From Candidatus Latescibacterota bacterium (GTDB taxonomy: Bacteria; Latescibacterota; UBA2968; UBA8231), in NCBI GenBank assembly GCA_965204725.1, contig OZ242005.1:1024001-1088000 (forward strand): a stretch of DNA of 64,000 nucleotides, given 5' to 3'. Shown piece by piece: positions 18,689 to 28,810 of this stretch. How positions within the stretch are numbered: position 1 is the first letter of the stretch; every line of letters begins with the position of its first letter. The notes below the pieces were generated by a model. It was not told the DNA's origin. It made no database searches and saw nothing but the letters and a program-made list of their open reading frames with translations. Position numbers and translations under genes: made by a program.

Positions 18689-19612
18689 TTAGTCGAGCTG
18701 GCTGTTCAGATGGGTCTTGACTCGGCCCCAACTCGTGGATTCGACCGACGTGTCGTCGTCCTCGATCTCGTCGGCTTCGAGCAAGATGTAGTCGAGCATC
18801 TGGTCGCCCTTTTGGTCCTGACCCGTGGAGCCGCCCAGCGGATAGAGCTGGTGCTTGGCCCCGGTCTCGCCGCCGTCGCCGTCGAGCGGGCGGACGCCGA
18901 TGTGGGTTACTTGGTCCGCTTCGAATATGTGCCGAATCGCCTCGTCCTGAGTCACGCCGTGGATGTCCCAAAAGGCGTTGCGGAACTCAAAGGTGTACGA
19001 GACGTTGGTCGAGAAATGCTCGGCATCCGGCGGATTGACCGTCCAAGCGATCTCGAAGATGTCGCCCGTAGGCTGGCCCTCAAACATATCCGAGCTCCAG
19101 CCGATCGGCGGCAAGTCGATGTATTCGAGCAGGCTGTTGTACGCCACGGGCTGGCCCGGCAGCGGCTTGATGCGCAGGTGATACCGCTGGGCGTTGAGGA
19201 CCTGATCGACGTTTTCGCCGAGGAAGTCGCCGCCCGAATGGTCTGGGTCGAAGGTGATCTGGATGCAGTCGTCGTTCCACCAGCGCTTCTGGTCTTCTTC
19301 AATCAGACGCAGGGTGTCGTCTTGAACGCGAATGAAGAAGTAGAAGCGATTGTCCGGCGGCTCGCTCCACGCCATCAGAATGCTGACGTCGTAGTCTTCC
19401 TTGGCGATGGTTTCGCCGCCGGCGGTGAACATGCCCTCGGTCGTGAGGATGAATTCCTCGTCCAGCCAGCCCCAATCGTCTTCGAGGCCGTCGATGGTCA
19501 TGGCGCTGGGATTGGGCACGCCCGGAATGAAATACTCCGCGCCGACATGGGCGTTGGCCGCGCTCGCTAAGGCGAATGCTGCGGCGCAAACAAAGAAAAG
19601 GCTCTTTTTCAT
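18689..19612 (-). CDS. Secreted acidic protein, CBM9/DOMON-like, with a C-terminal SVESTSWGRVK motif
   Basis: Signal peptide. IDGLEDDW, FIRVQDD and D.IQITFDPDHSGG resemble CBM9-like domains. Confidence 0.7.
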   Translation of the reverse strand: MKKSLFFVCAAAFALASAANAHVGAEYFIPGVPNPSAMTIDGLEDDWGWLDEEFILTTEGMFTAGGETIAKEDYDVSILMAWSEPPDNRFYFFIRVQDDTLRLIEEDQKRWWNDDCIQITFDPDHSGGDFLGENVDQVLNAQRYHLRIKPLPGQPVAYNSLLEYIDLPPIGWSSDMFEGQPTGDIFEIAWTVNPPDAEHFSTNVSYTFEFRNAFWDIHGVTQDEAIRHIFEADQVTHIGVRPLDGDGGETGAKHQLYPLGGSTGQDQKGDQMLDYILLEADEIEDDDTSVESTSWGRVKTHLNSQLD

Positions 19613-19672
19613 GCGTTCCCTCCGTGGGATGGGTGGTATAGCTATATAGCTAGGACGATTTATCGCGGCCCT

Positions 19673-19701
19673 ATATTACGTTTTTCAAGGGGGCTTAGCA
19701 A
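19673..19701 (-). promoter_or_regulatory. Possible internal sigma70-type promoter (TTGCTA-17-TAATAT) for 18689-19612
   Basis: Minus-strand hexamers with a 17-nt spacer. A perfect palindrome TAGCTATATAGCTA lies downstream at 19639-19652. Confidence 0.4.
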
Positions 19702-19721
19702 GTTCAAATTTCGCCGTTTTG

Positions 19722-22358
19722 CTACTCTTGTCCGGTGCTGGCGAAAATGCGAATGAACCCCAGCGAGGTGTTGCGATCCTCGGCCTCGAAGTTTTGCGAT
19801 TCTAGCTGAAGGCCGGCGTTTAAGGTGAGTTGGTAGCCCAAATAGGCCGAGGTATTGGAGAACAGAATCGAATAGACGCGGCTGGTAAAGTCCTCGGTAA
19901 AGCCGACTTGGAGCTCGGCGGGCCGGTCGCGCAAGTTCTCAAACCAACTGAATTCTAGGCCGAGGGCGATCCAAGTTTGTTCGAGGATCGCATAGCGCGA
20001 AATCAAGAACAAGGTCTCTTCGAGCTCGCGGATGTGGGCCTGCGACGGGTCGGTGGGGACCTCGCGCTTGAAGGTGCTCTTCCACTTGGGCCAAACGGTC
20101 AGGTTGGCCCCGATGGGAATGGTGTAATCGGCTTTGGTGATCAGCCCGAAAAACGAGCGGTCGCGCCGGTCGGCGGCCTGCTCGCCCCGCTGGTTAAAAA
20201 GCTCGTGTTTGACCTTGGCGGTCGCCCTGAAGTTGCGGATGCGATTGTAGTGCGCCTGCAAGTAGATGCTGTTGACGAACGTGTCTTGGTTGTCGAGCGG
20301 ATCGGTAAAATCCGTCCGGCCCGTTGGGTCAACCCACCGCAAGCGGTCTTCCCGGATGTTGTCCTTGACCAGCTTGGCGTGCTCAAAGAGCGCGACCTGT
20401 AGGCCCGGGAAATTCCAGCGCACAGTGAACAAACCGTAGTTGGCCTTGCTCTTGCGCGCCGAGCTTAGCTGGCGCTCGCTCAAGCGGCCGAGGGTTAGCT
20501 GCGCGTCCTCGCTGAGCATCAGGCCGCCGTACGCGTTGTAGCCGCGGTGGTCGCGGTCGTAGGGATAGTCGGGCTGGCGGTCGTCTTCAAAGCGGTCAAT
20601 TAGGGTGTTGTTGTTCATGTCCATGCCGAAGAGAAAGTCCGGCGGGTCCACCTCGTAGCGCAGGAAAGGCTCGTCGTAGTCGGGCCGCGAGTTGCGGTTT
20701 TGGTTGAAGTCGGAGACGAAGTCGTTGTTTTCGTCTAGCCCGGGGAACACCGCTAAGTCGGCGCCCACCGAGCCGCCCGAAGCGCCCACCCCGGTGCCGA
20801 ATTGGCCGGCCCGCTGCCAGTCGGCAAAGCGGTCTTGGTCGTCGTTGTCATCGACGAACTCGAAGTAGTGGAAAATTTCGCTGCTGTAATCAATGCCGCC
20901 CAGCGAGTTGGCCATGAACGCGGTCGTGCTGTAATCCGGGTCCATGGTGAACATCTCGCCGTAGGCAAACCACGGATACGAGGTATAAGACGCGGTGATA
21001 TAACCGGCCTCTCCCTTGTCTTCGGCGAGGGTGTGTTGGGCTAGGTTTTGGTTGGGGAAGCGCCGGAAGCGCCGATTGCGCACAAACTCGGCGCGCAGGT
21101 CCAACCCGCCGAGGCTCAGAACCTCAAAATCCACCCCGATGACATCGCTGCCGGTGGGCAGCCCGTACTCAAAGCGCAAAAACTGCTGGTTCGACCCGTC
21201 GGATATTTCGCCTTCGGCTTGCGCTACGGGCAAAAAGACGGGGTCGCCCAAGCGGTCGGTCTGCACATTGGACGTGACATCCACTCGGTAGTCGTTGGCC
21301 AAGATCAACTCGAACTCGATTTTGCTCGCCTCCTGATAGGTCGGCACCTTTTCAGTGGGTCGGAAGCTGTTGCGGATGTCGTAGATCAGTTCGATGTTGT
21401 CCACCCCCCTAGCCTCCAAGCTGCCGCCGGTGCGAATTCCGCCGCGGACGATTGGGGTGATCTCCGGGTGAATCTCGCCATCGATCAGCACTCGGTCGAA
21501 AAACAGCAGGGCGCCGTCGTCGCTCGATTCGGGCGAATCGTCCGAGATCAAGATCGTCACGGTCTCGACGCTGCCGGTATTTTGCGGCGTGGTCAAGACG
21601 CCCTTGAGTGAGTTGTCGCCCATGTCGAGGGTGCTGCGGGCGTTGTGGGCACTGACCCACGTGGCCCCCACTTTGGCGAAATCGCCCACTTGGGCCACGC
21701 CCCGGCCGCCGAGCAGGCGGGTGGAGTTTTCCACGAGGGCTGCGGCCTCGGATTGGGTTCCGGCTGGATTGGCCGGCGAGCTGATGCGCGAGCCGAGGAA
21801 CGTGAAGGCGTACTTGTCGGCGAGGAAGTCCCACTGGATGCCGTTGAAGGTCGGCTTGGAGAAGGTCAGGGGAGTCAGGGTGGTGCGGATGGCGTCGCCC
21901 ACGGTCAGCGCGGTGTGAAACTGGCCCTTGTGGGCCGACGAGATCACCACGCGGTCGAACCAACTGCTGTAGCGCGGGCTTTTGAAGATGCCGCTGCCTT
22001 GGCGCAGGGGGTTGTTCTCGGTCCAGTCGTAAATCGTCCAGCCGCGGGCGATGTAGTTGCCGAAGGCATCGTAGTGGCGGTTGCCCTCTAGCTGGATATC
22101 GACGTAGCGCTCGTACTCGTCGCGGGCGTAGTTGCTGTACTCCCAGCCCCGCCAGCCGTATTCGTAGAAGAGGTTTTGCGGCAGGTAGAATTTGCGGCGA
22201 TTGGGTGCTAGGGCACCGGGGTGGATTCGCACCCCGTAGATACCCGGCTCGGCGATGGGCCGATAGCCAGTAGTCAACTGGGCAGCAGCACCACTCCAGT
22301 CGAGCGCGAGCAACGCCAGTGCTGCACACAATGCCGGTCGGACGAGAAACAAAAACAT
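19722..22358 (-). CDS. Large secreted or outer-membrane hypothetical protein with Asp-rich putative Ca-binding loops
   Basis: Start ATG 22358 after GAGGGAGGGG. Signal peptide. VDDNDDQD, DENNDFVSD and DMNNNTLID motifs. Amphipathic beta-strand-like C-terminal region. Confidence 0.75.
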   Translation of the reverse strand: MFLFLVRPALCAALALLALDWSGAAAQLTTGYRPIAEPGIYGVRIHPGALAPNRRKFYLPQNLFYEYGWRGWEYSNYARDEYERYVDIQLEGNRHYDAFGNYIARGWTIYDWTENNPLRQGSGIFKSPRYSSWFDRVVISSAHKGQFHTALTVGDAIRTTLTPLTFSKPTFNGIQWDFLADKYAFTFLGSRISSPANPAGTQSEAAALVENSTRLLGGRGVAQVGDFAKVGATWVSAHNARSTLDMGDNSLKGVLTTPQNTGSVETVTILISDDSPESSDDGALLFFDRVLIDGEIHPEITPIVRGGIRTGGSLEARGVDNIELIYDIRNSFRPTEKVPTYQEASKIEFELILANDYRVDVTSNVQTDRLGDPVFLPVAQAEGEISDGSNQQFLRFEYGLPTGSDVIGVDFEVLSLGGLDLRAEFVRNRRFRRFPNQNLAQHTLAEDKGEAGYITASYTSYPWFAYGEMFTMDPDYSTTAFMANSLGGIDYSSEIFHYFEFVDDNDDQDRFADWQRAGQFGTGVGASGGSVGADLAVFPGLDENNDFVSDFNQNRNSRPDYDEPFLRYEVDPPDFLFGMDMNNNTLIDRFEDDRQPDYPYDRDHRGYNAYGGLMLSEDAQLTLGRLSERQLSSARKSKANYGLFTVRWNFPGLQVALFEHAKLVKDNIREDRLRWVDPTGRTDFTDPLDNQDTFVNSIYLQAHYNRIRNFRATAKVKHELFNQRGEQAADRRDRSFFGLITKADYTIPIGANLTVWPKWKSTFKREVPTDPSQAHIRELEETLFLISRYAILEQTWIALGLEFSWFENLRDRPAELQVGFTEDFTSRVYSILFSNTSAYLGYQLTLNAGLQLESQNFEAEDRNTSLGFIRIFASTGQE

Positions 22359-22396
22359 GAGATACCCCTCCCTCAAGAGGCTTGGCCGAATTTTAG

Positions 22397-24691
22397 CTAG
22401 TACGCCACGTGGATGATCTGCGCCAAGTTTTGCACCTCGGCTTGGGCGTCGATTTGGATGCGACACAGGTAAATGCCCGGGGGCACGCGCCGGCCCTCGG
22501 CGTCTTCGCCATTCCATTCATAGACGAGGAAGCCATCGCTGTTGCGGCCCCCAGCCAACGAGCCGACCTGCCGCCCGTCGAGCGCGTAAATATCGACCGC
22601 TACCGGAGCGTCGGCCTTCAATACCGCAAAGCGAATAGAGGCGCGGTCGCCGACCCCGTCGCCGTTGGGCGTGAGGACCTTGGGCGAAATGGCGACTTTG
22701 TCGAGCAATGCCTCAGACGCGGGCACGGCCGGCAAAAACACCGTGGTGGCCGCTCGCCCGGCCGGATCGACCTGCTGCCAGAACTCCATTTCGTCGGTGT
22801 GGCCGACAAAGGCCGAAAAGAGATAGGGATTGGCGAATACGTTGGCCCGCAGGTCGATTTCGACCGTTTGTCGGCGAACCACTCGGGGCAGTTCCACGAC
22901 CAGCGAGTCGGGCAGCAGGGCTAGAGAAACCGGCTCAACCTCGACGCCGGCGACGCGGATGACCACGCTCTCGGCCGCAGCCTGCGACGGCGTGTCGAGC
23001 CGCAGCCGGTTAAAGCCCTTGTCGCCCGAGCGGAAGTCCGGCTGCAGGGTGTAGGTAAAGTGTTCCGGCTGGCCCACTTGGGCCTCGTTGGGGGACACTT
23101 GGCCCAAGGCCCCATTGAGAAACGAGTCCGTGTAGTTGAGCCGCAGCCCGTTTAGAGTGGGGGCCACGTCTGGGCTATCCGACTTGAGCACCACCTTGAA
23201 CTGCACGTAGCGCCGCGGGCTAGGCGAGAGAAACTCTTGGCCGGAAAACAGGTAGGTATTGCTCCAGCCGCTCCAATCCTCGCTCGGCCGAATGTAGGGG
23301 ACGATTTCCCCTTTCCACCGCTTCTTGAGGGCGTTGTATTCGTCCTCGGTTACTTCGTGGCCCTTGCGATGGTAGTACGTATTGCCTTCGTCCAGCCCAC
23401 TGCCCGAGCGCGTCTGCGCCAAAATTTGCGTTCCCGGGGGCAGCTCGGCGTCCCATTCGAGGGTGCGGAACACCTTGGGGCGGTCGTCTATCTTGAGGAA
23501 GTCCGAGCGCAGCTCCACTTCGGCGACATAGCCGGTGGGGATGACCACGGCTTCGGCCATCGCGCCGCTGCTGCTGCCCCCGAAGACCATTTCGAGATGG
23601 CGCAGGGGCCGATACGGGTGCATGAGGTACGTGATCGGCTCGGGGTTGTTCCAATCGCCCGGCTCGGGGAAGTCGAAGAGGACGTCGAAGTTGATGTCGC
23701 CCGAGGGCTTGAGCTCGCCAGCCGACCCCAAAAGCCGATGGCGCAAGATGCGGGGCCGCCCCCAAGTGGTGGTTTCCTGAAACGCGACGAAGATGACGCG
23801 GTTGATCCAAAAGACCGCGCCCAGATCCCAGCGCCATTGGGCGATGAACTGGCCGGTCTCGCTCCAGTTGAGCTCCTCCCAGAAGGTATTGACATTGCCG
23901 TCGATCATGGCCGGAGCGCGCTCCTTGCCCTGATCGTCGATGATGCCGCCCCGCCCCGCGGTTCCTTGGGCGATGTTCTGCCCAAACGAGATGACCTCGA
24001 CCTCGGCGAGGGCCGCGCCCTCGCTCTTGACGTCGGCGATGATGCGGATGTATTGGGTGGGAGCGAAAGACGCAGAGACGTCCGCGGCCGCGGCGGGTTG
24101 GCCAAAGCTCAGCACCCGTTTGGTCGCCTCGCCAAAGGCCACGGGATACGACAAGAGGGTCTCTTCGTTGCGCTTGGTCGTGCCGCCGATGAGGTTGAAG
24201 AGGAAGACGTCGTCGGTGATGGATTGGAATTTGCCGTCGGAGCCAAAGACCCGCAGTGCCCGCAGCGGGCGCGCCCCTTCCTCGTCGGGGAAGTGCAGGC
24301 GGATTTCTTTGACGGCCACCATCCGGCCCAAGTTGATCTCGATCCACCACGCGTTGAGCGGGTCGTCTGGGTTGGGTTGCCAGTAGGTGGTCGGGTCGTC
24401 GTCGATGATCAGGGGGGCGTCGGCCGCGTTGGACCCGGCCTTCCACACCCCGCCGCGCTGCTCGCCGGCCTTTTTGAGCTCGTGCGTGAACAGCGGCGCG
24501 CTCGGCGCGGCGTTGAAGGGCTGCTCAAACCGAATCGGCTTGATCGACCCATCGGTGCGCAGGTCGAGGGTGCCGACCGGGAAGACCCAAGTCTCCCACT
24601 GCCGCTTGGTATTGACCTCAAAGACTTCTTGAGAATGGGCAACACTCGCTGGCAAAACCAGCGTCAGCAAACTAAGCCATAGTCGGTTCAC
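22397..24691 (-). CDS. Secreted protein with a C-terminal FlgD-like Ig domain (paralog 3)
   Basis: GTG start at 24691 and signal peptide. Discoidin-like WWIEINLG, WSGWS and SPSPRRYVQF. C-terminus TPNGDGVGD...WNGED..G..VPPGIY. Confidence 0.8.
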   Translation of the reverse strand: MNRLWLSLLTLVLPASVAHSQEVFEVNTKRQWETWVFPVGTLDLRTDGSIKPIRFEQPFNAAPSAPLFTHELKKAGEQRGGVWKAGSNAADAPLIIDDDPTTYWQPNPDDPLNAWWIEINLGRMVAVKEIRLHFPDEEGARPLRALRVFGSDGKFQSITDDVFLFNLIGGTTKRNEETLLSYPVAFGEATKRVLSFGQPAAAADVSASFAPTQYIRIIADVKSEGAALAEVEVISFGQNIAQGTAGRGGIIDDQGKERAPAMIDGNVNTFWEELNWSETGQFIAQWRWDLGAVFWINRVIFVAFQETTTWGRPRILRHRLLGSAGELKPSGDINFDVLFDFPEPGDWNNPEPITYLMHPYRPLRHLEMVFGGSSSGAMAEAVVIPTGYVAEVELRSDFLKIDDRPKVFRTLEWDAELPPGTQILAQTRSGSGLDEGNTYYHRKGHEVTEDEYNALKKRWKGEIVPYIRPSEDWSGWSNTYLFSGQEFLSPSPRRYVQFKVVLKSDSPDVAPTLNGLRLNYTDSFLNGALGQVSPNEAQVGQPEHFTYTLQPDFRSGDKGFNRLRLDTPSQAAAESVVIRVAGVEVEPVSLALLPDSLVVELPRVVRRQTVEIDLRANVFANPYLFSAFVGHTDEMEFWQQVDPAGRAATTVFLPAVPASEALLDKVAISPKVLTPNGDGVGDRASIRFAVLKADAPVAVDIYALDGRQVGSLAGGRNSDGFLVYEWNGEDAEGRRVPPGIYLCRIQIDAQAEVQNLAQIIHVAY

Positions 24692-24707
24692 GGCTACCGT
24701 TCCTTTC

Positions 24708-26657
24708 TCAGTACGCCACACCCATGCTGCTAGAACGCACGAGGGTCTCGCGTTCCGTGTGGACTTGGACCACAGCGAGGTACAGCCCCGGCGGCACTAC
24801 CCGCCCTTGCGCGTCGCGCCCGTCCCAAGCTATGGCATACGCACCGCTGGTGCTCTCGGCGTCGAGGACGGTATGCACGGGGCGACCGGCCAAATCGAAA
24901 ATTTCAACGGCCACGGCGACCGGCTTGACCAACTGCAAGAGGCTGTAGATCAGCTCTACGTGGTCGTTGACGCCGTCGCCATTGGGGGTGAAAACCGGGG
25001 TGCTTACCGCCAAGGGGGACACCAACTCGCTGGCCGAAGCGGCCGTCGTCAGCACCCGCAGGGCATTGGTCAGCACGTCTGGGTTGGCGTCGCCCGGCTG
25101 CACCCGCTGCGGTACGCCGCCGTCCTCGGCCTGCGAGTCGAAGACCTCGGCCTCGACCGAGGTGCCTTGGATGAAAATCTGTGCGTCAAACACGGCGCGC
25201 ATGCGGTGAATGCCGGTTTCCGGTCGCTGCGAGGGAAAGAAGATGGTCAGACTGCCCAACTCGGCCCGCAGGCTGTCGGGGGTGATCTCGGTCGCGTCTT
25301 CGCCGGTGAAGAACTGCCGAAATACCGGCGTTGATTGGGGGGTGAGGATGCGCAGGGCGTCAAAGCCCGTGTCGGCCTCGCCGATTTGGGCCACGACATC
25401 GTAGGCAAACGTCGTAAAGTCCCCGGCCGTCACAATGGGCACGTCGCCGGGGGGCCGGGGCACGTCCAACTGGGAAATCTCGGCCACCAAGCTCTGGGCG
25501 ACGGGCGGGATGGTGTGTTCGACACTGAGCGAGGTCAGCCGCAGGCCATCGAGAATCGCGCCGCTTTCGATCCGCACCTCAAACTGGAAGTAGCGCCTTG
25601 GGCTGGGGAGCTGGATGGGCTGGCCGGATTCCGTAAAGGGGGCCGACCACAGGCTCCAGTTGACTTGATCGTCGTCAACCGGGCCGCGCACGCCCTCGTC
25701 GAGGGCCTGATACTCGGCTTCGGTGACGACCTGCCGCTCGCGGGTAAAGAGGTCTGTGTACTCGTAATAGACCCGAGGGTTGTCGTCGAGGCCGGTGCGC
25801 ATGACCACCGTTAGCTCGGCGGCTGCGGCCGGTTCGACCACGAACTCGTCGCCGCTTTGGCGCAGCTTTTCCACCGTCCATTCTATGCGGCTGAAATTGG
25901 CTGACTCCCCGAGGTCGATGACTTGGGATAGATAGGAGCCGGCCGGCGCGAACCCCGTGCCGAAAAGCTGGAATTCGGCCAGTTCAAACGGGCTGGCCGA
26001 GGTGACTTCGAGCTCGATGTAGCGGACAAATTGCAGGGGAAAGTCGATCTGCGCCGTGTTCTCGCGGGTAAAATCGACGCGCCTGATGGGGGTGTAGATC
26101 GGCTCGTCCCGCTCGTTGAAGCTGGCCCCGTCGTTGACTTTGAGCACGTAGCCGCGGATGTAGTCTTCGCTGAACGGCCGCCCCTCTGAACTGACGCCGT
26201 CCAAGCGCGGAAAAAACGCAATCCGATTGGCGGGAAAACGGGTCCCCAAATCAAAGAAAAACTTGGTGCCGTCTTGGGCGATGCCAAAGCGCTTAAACGC
26301 GAGGTGGGTGGAAGTCGTGTCGATGCCATCGACGATTTCCAAGAGGGGACGCACGACCGCGATGTTGTCCCAGATCAGGGCTTGGGCGCGCTCCTCCACG
26401 TAGCCCGCGGGAAACGCGTCGGCCCAACTCAGGCTCGGAATGACGTTGTCCTCAGAGGTAAAGGCCACGAGTTGGACGGTGCCCGGCACGTCGAAACTCA
26501 TCGCGGTGGAACGCTGCTCGTGGTCCCGCCAAGCGACCCCTTCGTCGCCGCCCACCGTCCACTGGCGGACTTCGGCTACCGCTGGTTGCACGGCGAGGAC
26601 CGTAGCGGCTGTAGCGAGAGCCGCAAGGCGAGAAATGGTCGGGTGTTGGAATTCCAT
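24708..26657 (-). CDS. Secreted protein with a C-terminal FlgD-like Ig domain (paralog 2)
   Basis: Signal peptide. YLSQVIDLG, WSLWS and PSPRRYFQF. C-terminus FTPNGDGVND...WDGRD...PPGLY..VAY. Confidence 0.8.
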   Translation of the reverse strand: MEFQHPTISRLAALATAATVLAVQPAVAEVRQWTVGGDEGVAWRDHEQRSTAMSFDVPGTVQLVAFTSEDNVIPSLSWADAFPAGYVEERAQALIWDNIAVVRPLLEIVDGIDTTSTHLAFKRFGIAQDGTKFFFDLGTRFPANRIAFFPRLDGVSSEGRPFSEDYIRGYVLKVNDGASFNERDEPIYTPIRRVDFTRENTAQIDFPLQFVRYIELEVTSASPFELAEFQLFGTGFAPAGSYLSQVIDLGESANFSRIEWTVEKLRQSGDEFVVEPAAAAELTVVMRTGLDDNPRVYYEYTDLFTRERQVVTEAEYQALDEGVRGPVDDDQVNWSLWSAPFTESGQPIQLPSPRRYFQFEVRIESGAILDGLRLTSLSVEHTIPPVAQSLVAEISQLDVPRPPGDVPIVTAGDFTTFAYDVVAQIGEADTGFDALRILTPQSTPVFRQFFTGEDATEITPDSLRAELGSLTIFFPSQRPETGIHRMRAVFDAQIFIQGTSVEAEVFDSQAEDGGVPQRVQPGDANPDVLTNALRVLTTAASASELVSPLAVSTPVFTPNGDGVNDHVELIYSLLQLVKPVAVAVEIFDLAGRPVHTVLDAESTSGAYAIAWDGRDAQGRVVPPGLYLAVVQVHTERETLVRSSSMGVAY

Positions 26658-26658
26658 G

Positions 26659-28716
26659 CTAGTAGGCTACGGCCACCGCTCCGAAGCGCACCTGTTGGCC
26701 ACGGTCGGTGTCGGCCCTAATGCGGACCAGATAGACGCCCGGGGCTACGAGCTCATTGGCCTCGTCGCGGCCGTCCCATTGCAGCGCGTGATACCCCGCG
26801 CCCTGCACCCCACCCGATAGACGCCGCACCCGTTGCCCGGCCAAGGTCAGCAACTCGATTTCTACTTCGACCGCATTTAGGACGCTGAACAAGGTGTATT
26901 CAATGGCTACTTGGTCGTTGATGGCGTCGCCTTGGGGCGTGAAAATCGCGGGCGCGATGGCGACTTGGGACAACACGGATTCTAGCGAGCCGGAGCGGAC
27001 CAATACCCGCAACTGATCGGTGCCCAATTCGGCGCTGGCGTCGCCGCCTTCAACGCTTTGGGGCAGCGTGTTGCCCTGCCGCGCAAACACTTCGGCGCTG
27101 AGCTGGTCCGACGCTCCGTACACGGTCGTCTCCAGCCGCACCCTGAGCGCGTCGCTGGTGGCCGGCCCGATCGGCTGCGGCAAATAGATCGCCAAGTCGT
27201 TCCCTTCGTGGACGATGCTGTCGGGCGTCACGGTCGCCAGCGGCTCGCCCATTTCCAACCCCAGCACCCGGCCCGTAGAGGGCAAGCCCAAGCGCACCGC
27301 GTCGAACCCCGGCTGGCCGGCGTCGGAAAACTCCGCGCGCAAGCCGAGGACGAACTCGGTCGGCTCGCCCGCAGGCACTTGGGGCACTTTGCCGTTGGGA
27401 TGCAACTGGTCAACTGCCGCGACTTCGCCCAGAATTTGGTCGGCCAAAAGCGGGGAGGTTTCAATGGAGACCCAATCGAGGCGGGCAAACTCCCACAAGG
27501 CTTGGGTCTCTAGCTGGATTTGTAGCTGAATATAGCGCCCCTTGGGGATGCGGGGCCGCTGGCCCGAAACCCGAATCGGCGGCGACCAGAAGCTCCAGTT
27601 GTTGGCATCGTCGGCGATGACGCCCTGCCAACCCACCGCCGGTGGATCCCACGGCCACACGCGCGGCTTGAGCCTAGAGTAGATGTCCTTTTCCACTTCC
27701 ACCGGCTGGGCCAAGTCGTTGTACGAGTGATAGGCGATGGGGCCGTCGTCCAGCCCGGTCTTGATTTCGATGTTGACGCCGGCTTGGGCGTCGGGTGCTT
27801 CGACCCATTGCTCGCCATCGCGCCGCCAAGTGCTCAAGCCGAAGTTCACCGCGCCGATGTTGATGAGCGCGCCCATGTCGATCACCTGCGATAGCCAGTG
27901 CGCCCGGGGGACAAACCCTCGGCCGTACACCTCTAGCTCGGCCAGCGCGTAGCGCGTGAACTTGGGTGGGGCGTCTGGCAGCACTCGCATGCGGAAGAAG
28001 CGCAGATACTGGAGCGGAAAATCGATCTCGATCACGGCGTCGAAGTTTTGGTCCACCTTGGCCAAGGTTTGATCCAGCGGCAGGTAGTAGTCCGTCTCCT
28101 GCGTACCGGCGACGCCCGAGCGGAATTGCGGGGGTTGTTGGGTTTCGACCGCGACTTTGTCGTTGGTGGCGGTTAGCTCGTAGGCTTCAAATTTGTAGTT
28201 GGGTCGGTACGGCTCTTGGAAGAAGGGGTCGTTGCCCTCGGGCGGCACCAACCGGAAGCGGTCGGCGGGAATGGGCATCCCCATATCGAGCGTGTAGAAC
28301 TCGCCCCAGATCCCCCCGAGGCCGCCGCTGCCCTGAAAGTCGCGCCCCTCGTAAAACGTGTTGAGGTCGCCGTCGATAAATTCCATCGGGTTGGAGACGT
28401 GCCCGGGCCGGGAGACATCGCCGATGGCCCGCCAGATGCGGGGCATCCCCTCTTGGTAGTTGATGTCAATCGGCTGCCGATAGCGCGTCCAGTGGCGCAG
28501 TTGGGTCACCACATTGACGTCGGGCTTGAGTTGCAGCGGTTGGATTGAGCCGGGGGTGGTGGCGTTATCGACCATCAGGTTGACCAGCGTCTGCTCCTCC
28601 CAATCGAGGCCATCGACGCCCCCGAGACGGAATTGCGACACCTGCGCTCCGGCCGCGCCGACTTGGGCTACGGCCATGCACGCCGCGATCAACCAGAGCT
28701 TGGACTTGGATTTCAT
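26659..28716 (-). CDS. Secreted protein with a C-terminal FlgD-like Ig domain (paralog 1)
   Basis: ATG 28716 after GGGAG. WLSQVIDMG, WSFWS and RYIQLQ. C-terminus FTPQGDAIND...WDGRD...APGVY..VAY. Confidence 0.8.
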   Translation of the reverse strand: MKSKSKLWLIAACMAVAQVGAAGAQVSQFRLGGVDGLDWEEQTLVNLMVDNATTPGSIQPLQLKPDVNVVTQLRHWTRYRQPIDINYQEGMPRIWRAIGDVSRPGHVSNPMEFIDGDLNTFYEGRDFQGSGGLGGIWGEFYTLDMGMPIPADRFRLVPPEGNDPFFQEPYRPNYKFEAYELTATNDKVAVETQQPPQFRSGVAGTQETDYYLPLDQTLAKVDQNFDAVIEIDFPLQYLRFFRMRVLPDAPPKFTRYALAELEVYGRGFVPRAHWLSQVIDMGALINIGAVNFGLSTWRRDGEQWVEAPDAQAGVNIEIKTGLDDGPIAYHSYNDLAQPVEVEKDIYSRLKPRVWPWDPPAVGWQGVIADDANNWSFWSPPIRVSGQRPRIPKGRYIQLQIQLETQALWEFARLDWVSIETSPLLADQILGEVAAVDQLHPNGKVPQVPAGEPTEFVLGLRAEFSDAGQPGFDAVRLGLPSTGRVLGLEMGEPLATVTPDSIVHEGNDLAIYLPQPIGPATSDALRVRLETTVYGASDQLSAEVFARQGNTLPQSVEGGDASAELGTDQLRVLVRSGSLESVLSQVAIAPAIFTPQGDAINDQVAIEYTLFSVLNAVEVEIELLTLAGQRVRRLSGGVQGAGYHALQWDGRDEANELVAPGVYLVRIRADTDRGQQVRFGAVAVAY

Positions 28717-28810
28717 AAGGCGTCTCCCAAAAAAGAAGCGCGAACACAGGAAGATAACGCAAAACAGCAGGGGCCTGTCAATCAAAATTTAACGCCGGGG
28801 CGAAAGGTCT

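Noticed and set aside
23220-24682. 408-aa and 481-aa overlapping ORFs
   Set aside because: Alternative-frame and antisense shadows of the FlgD-tailed gene, with Arg/Pro/Gly-rich composition.
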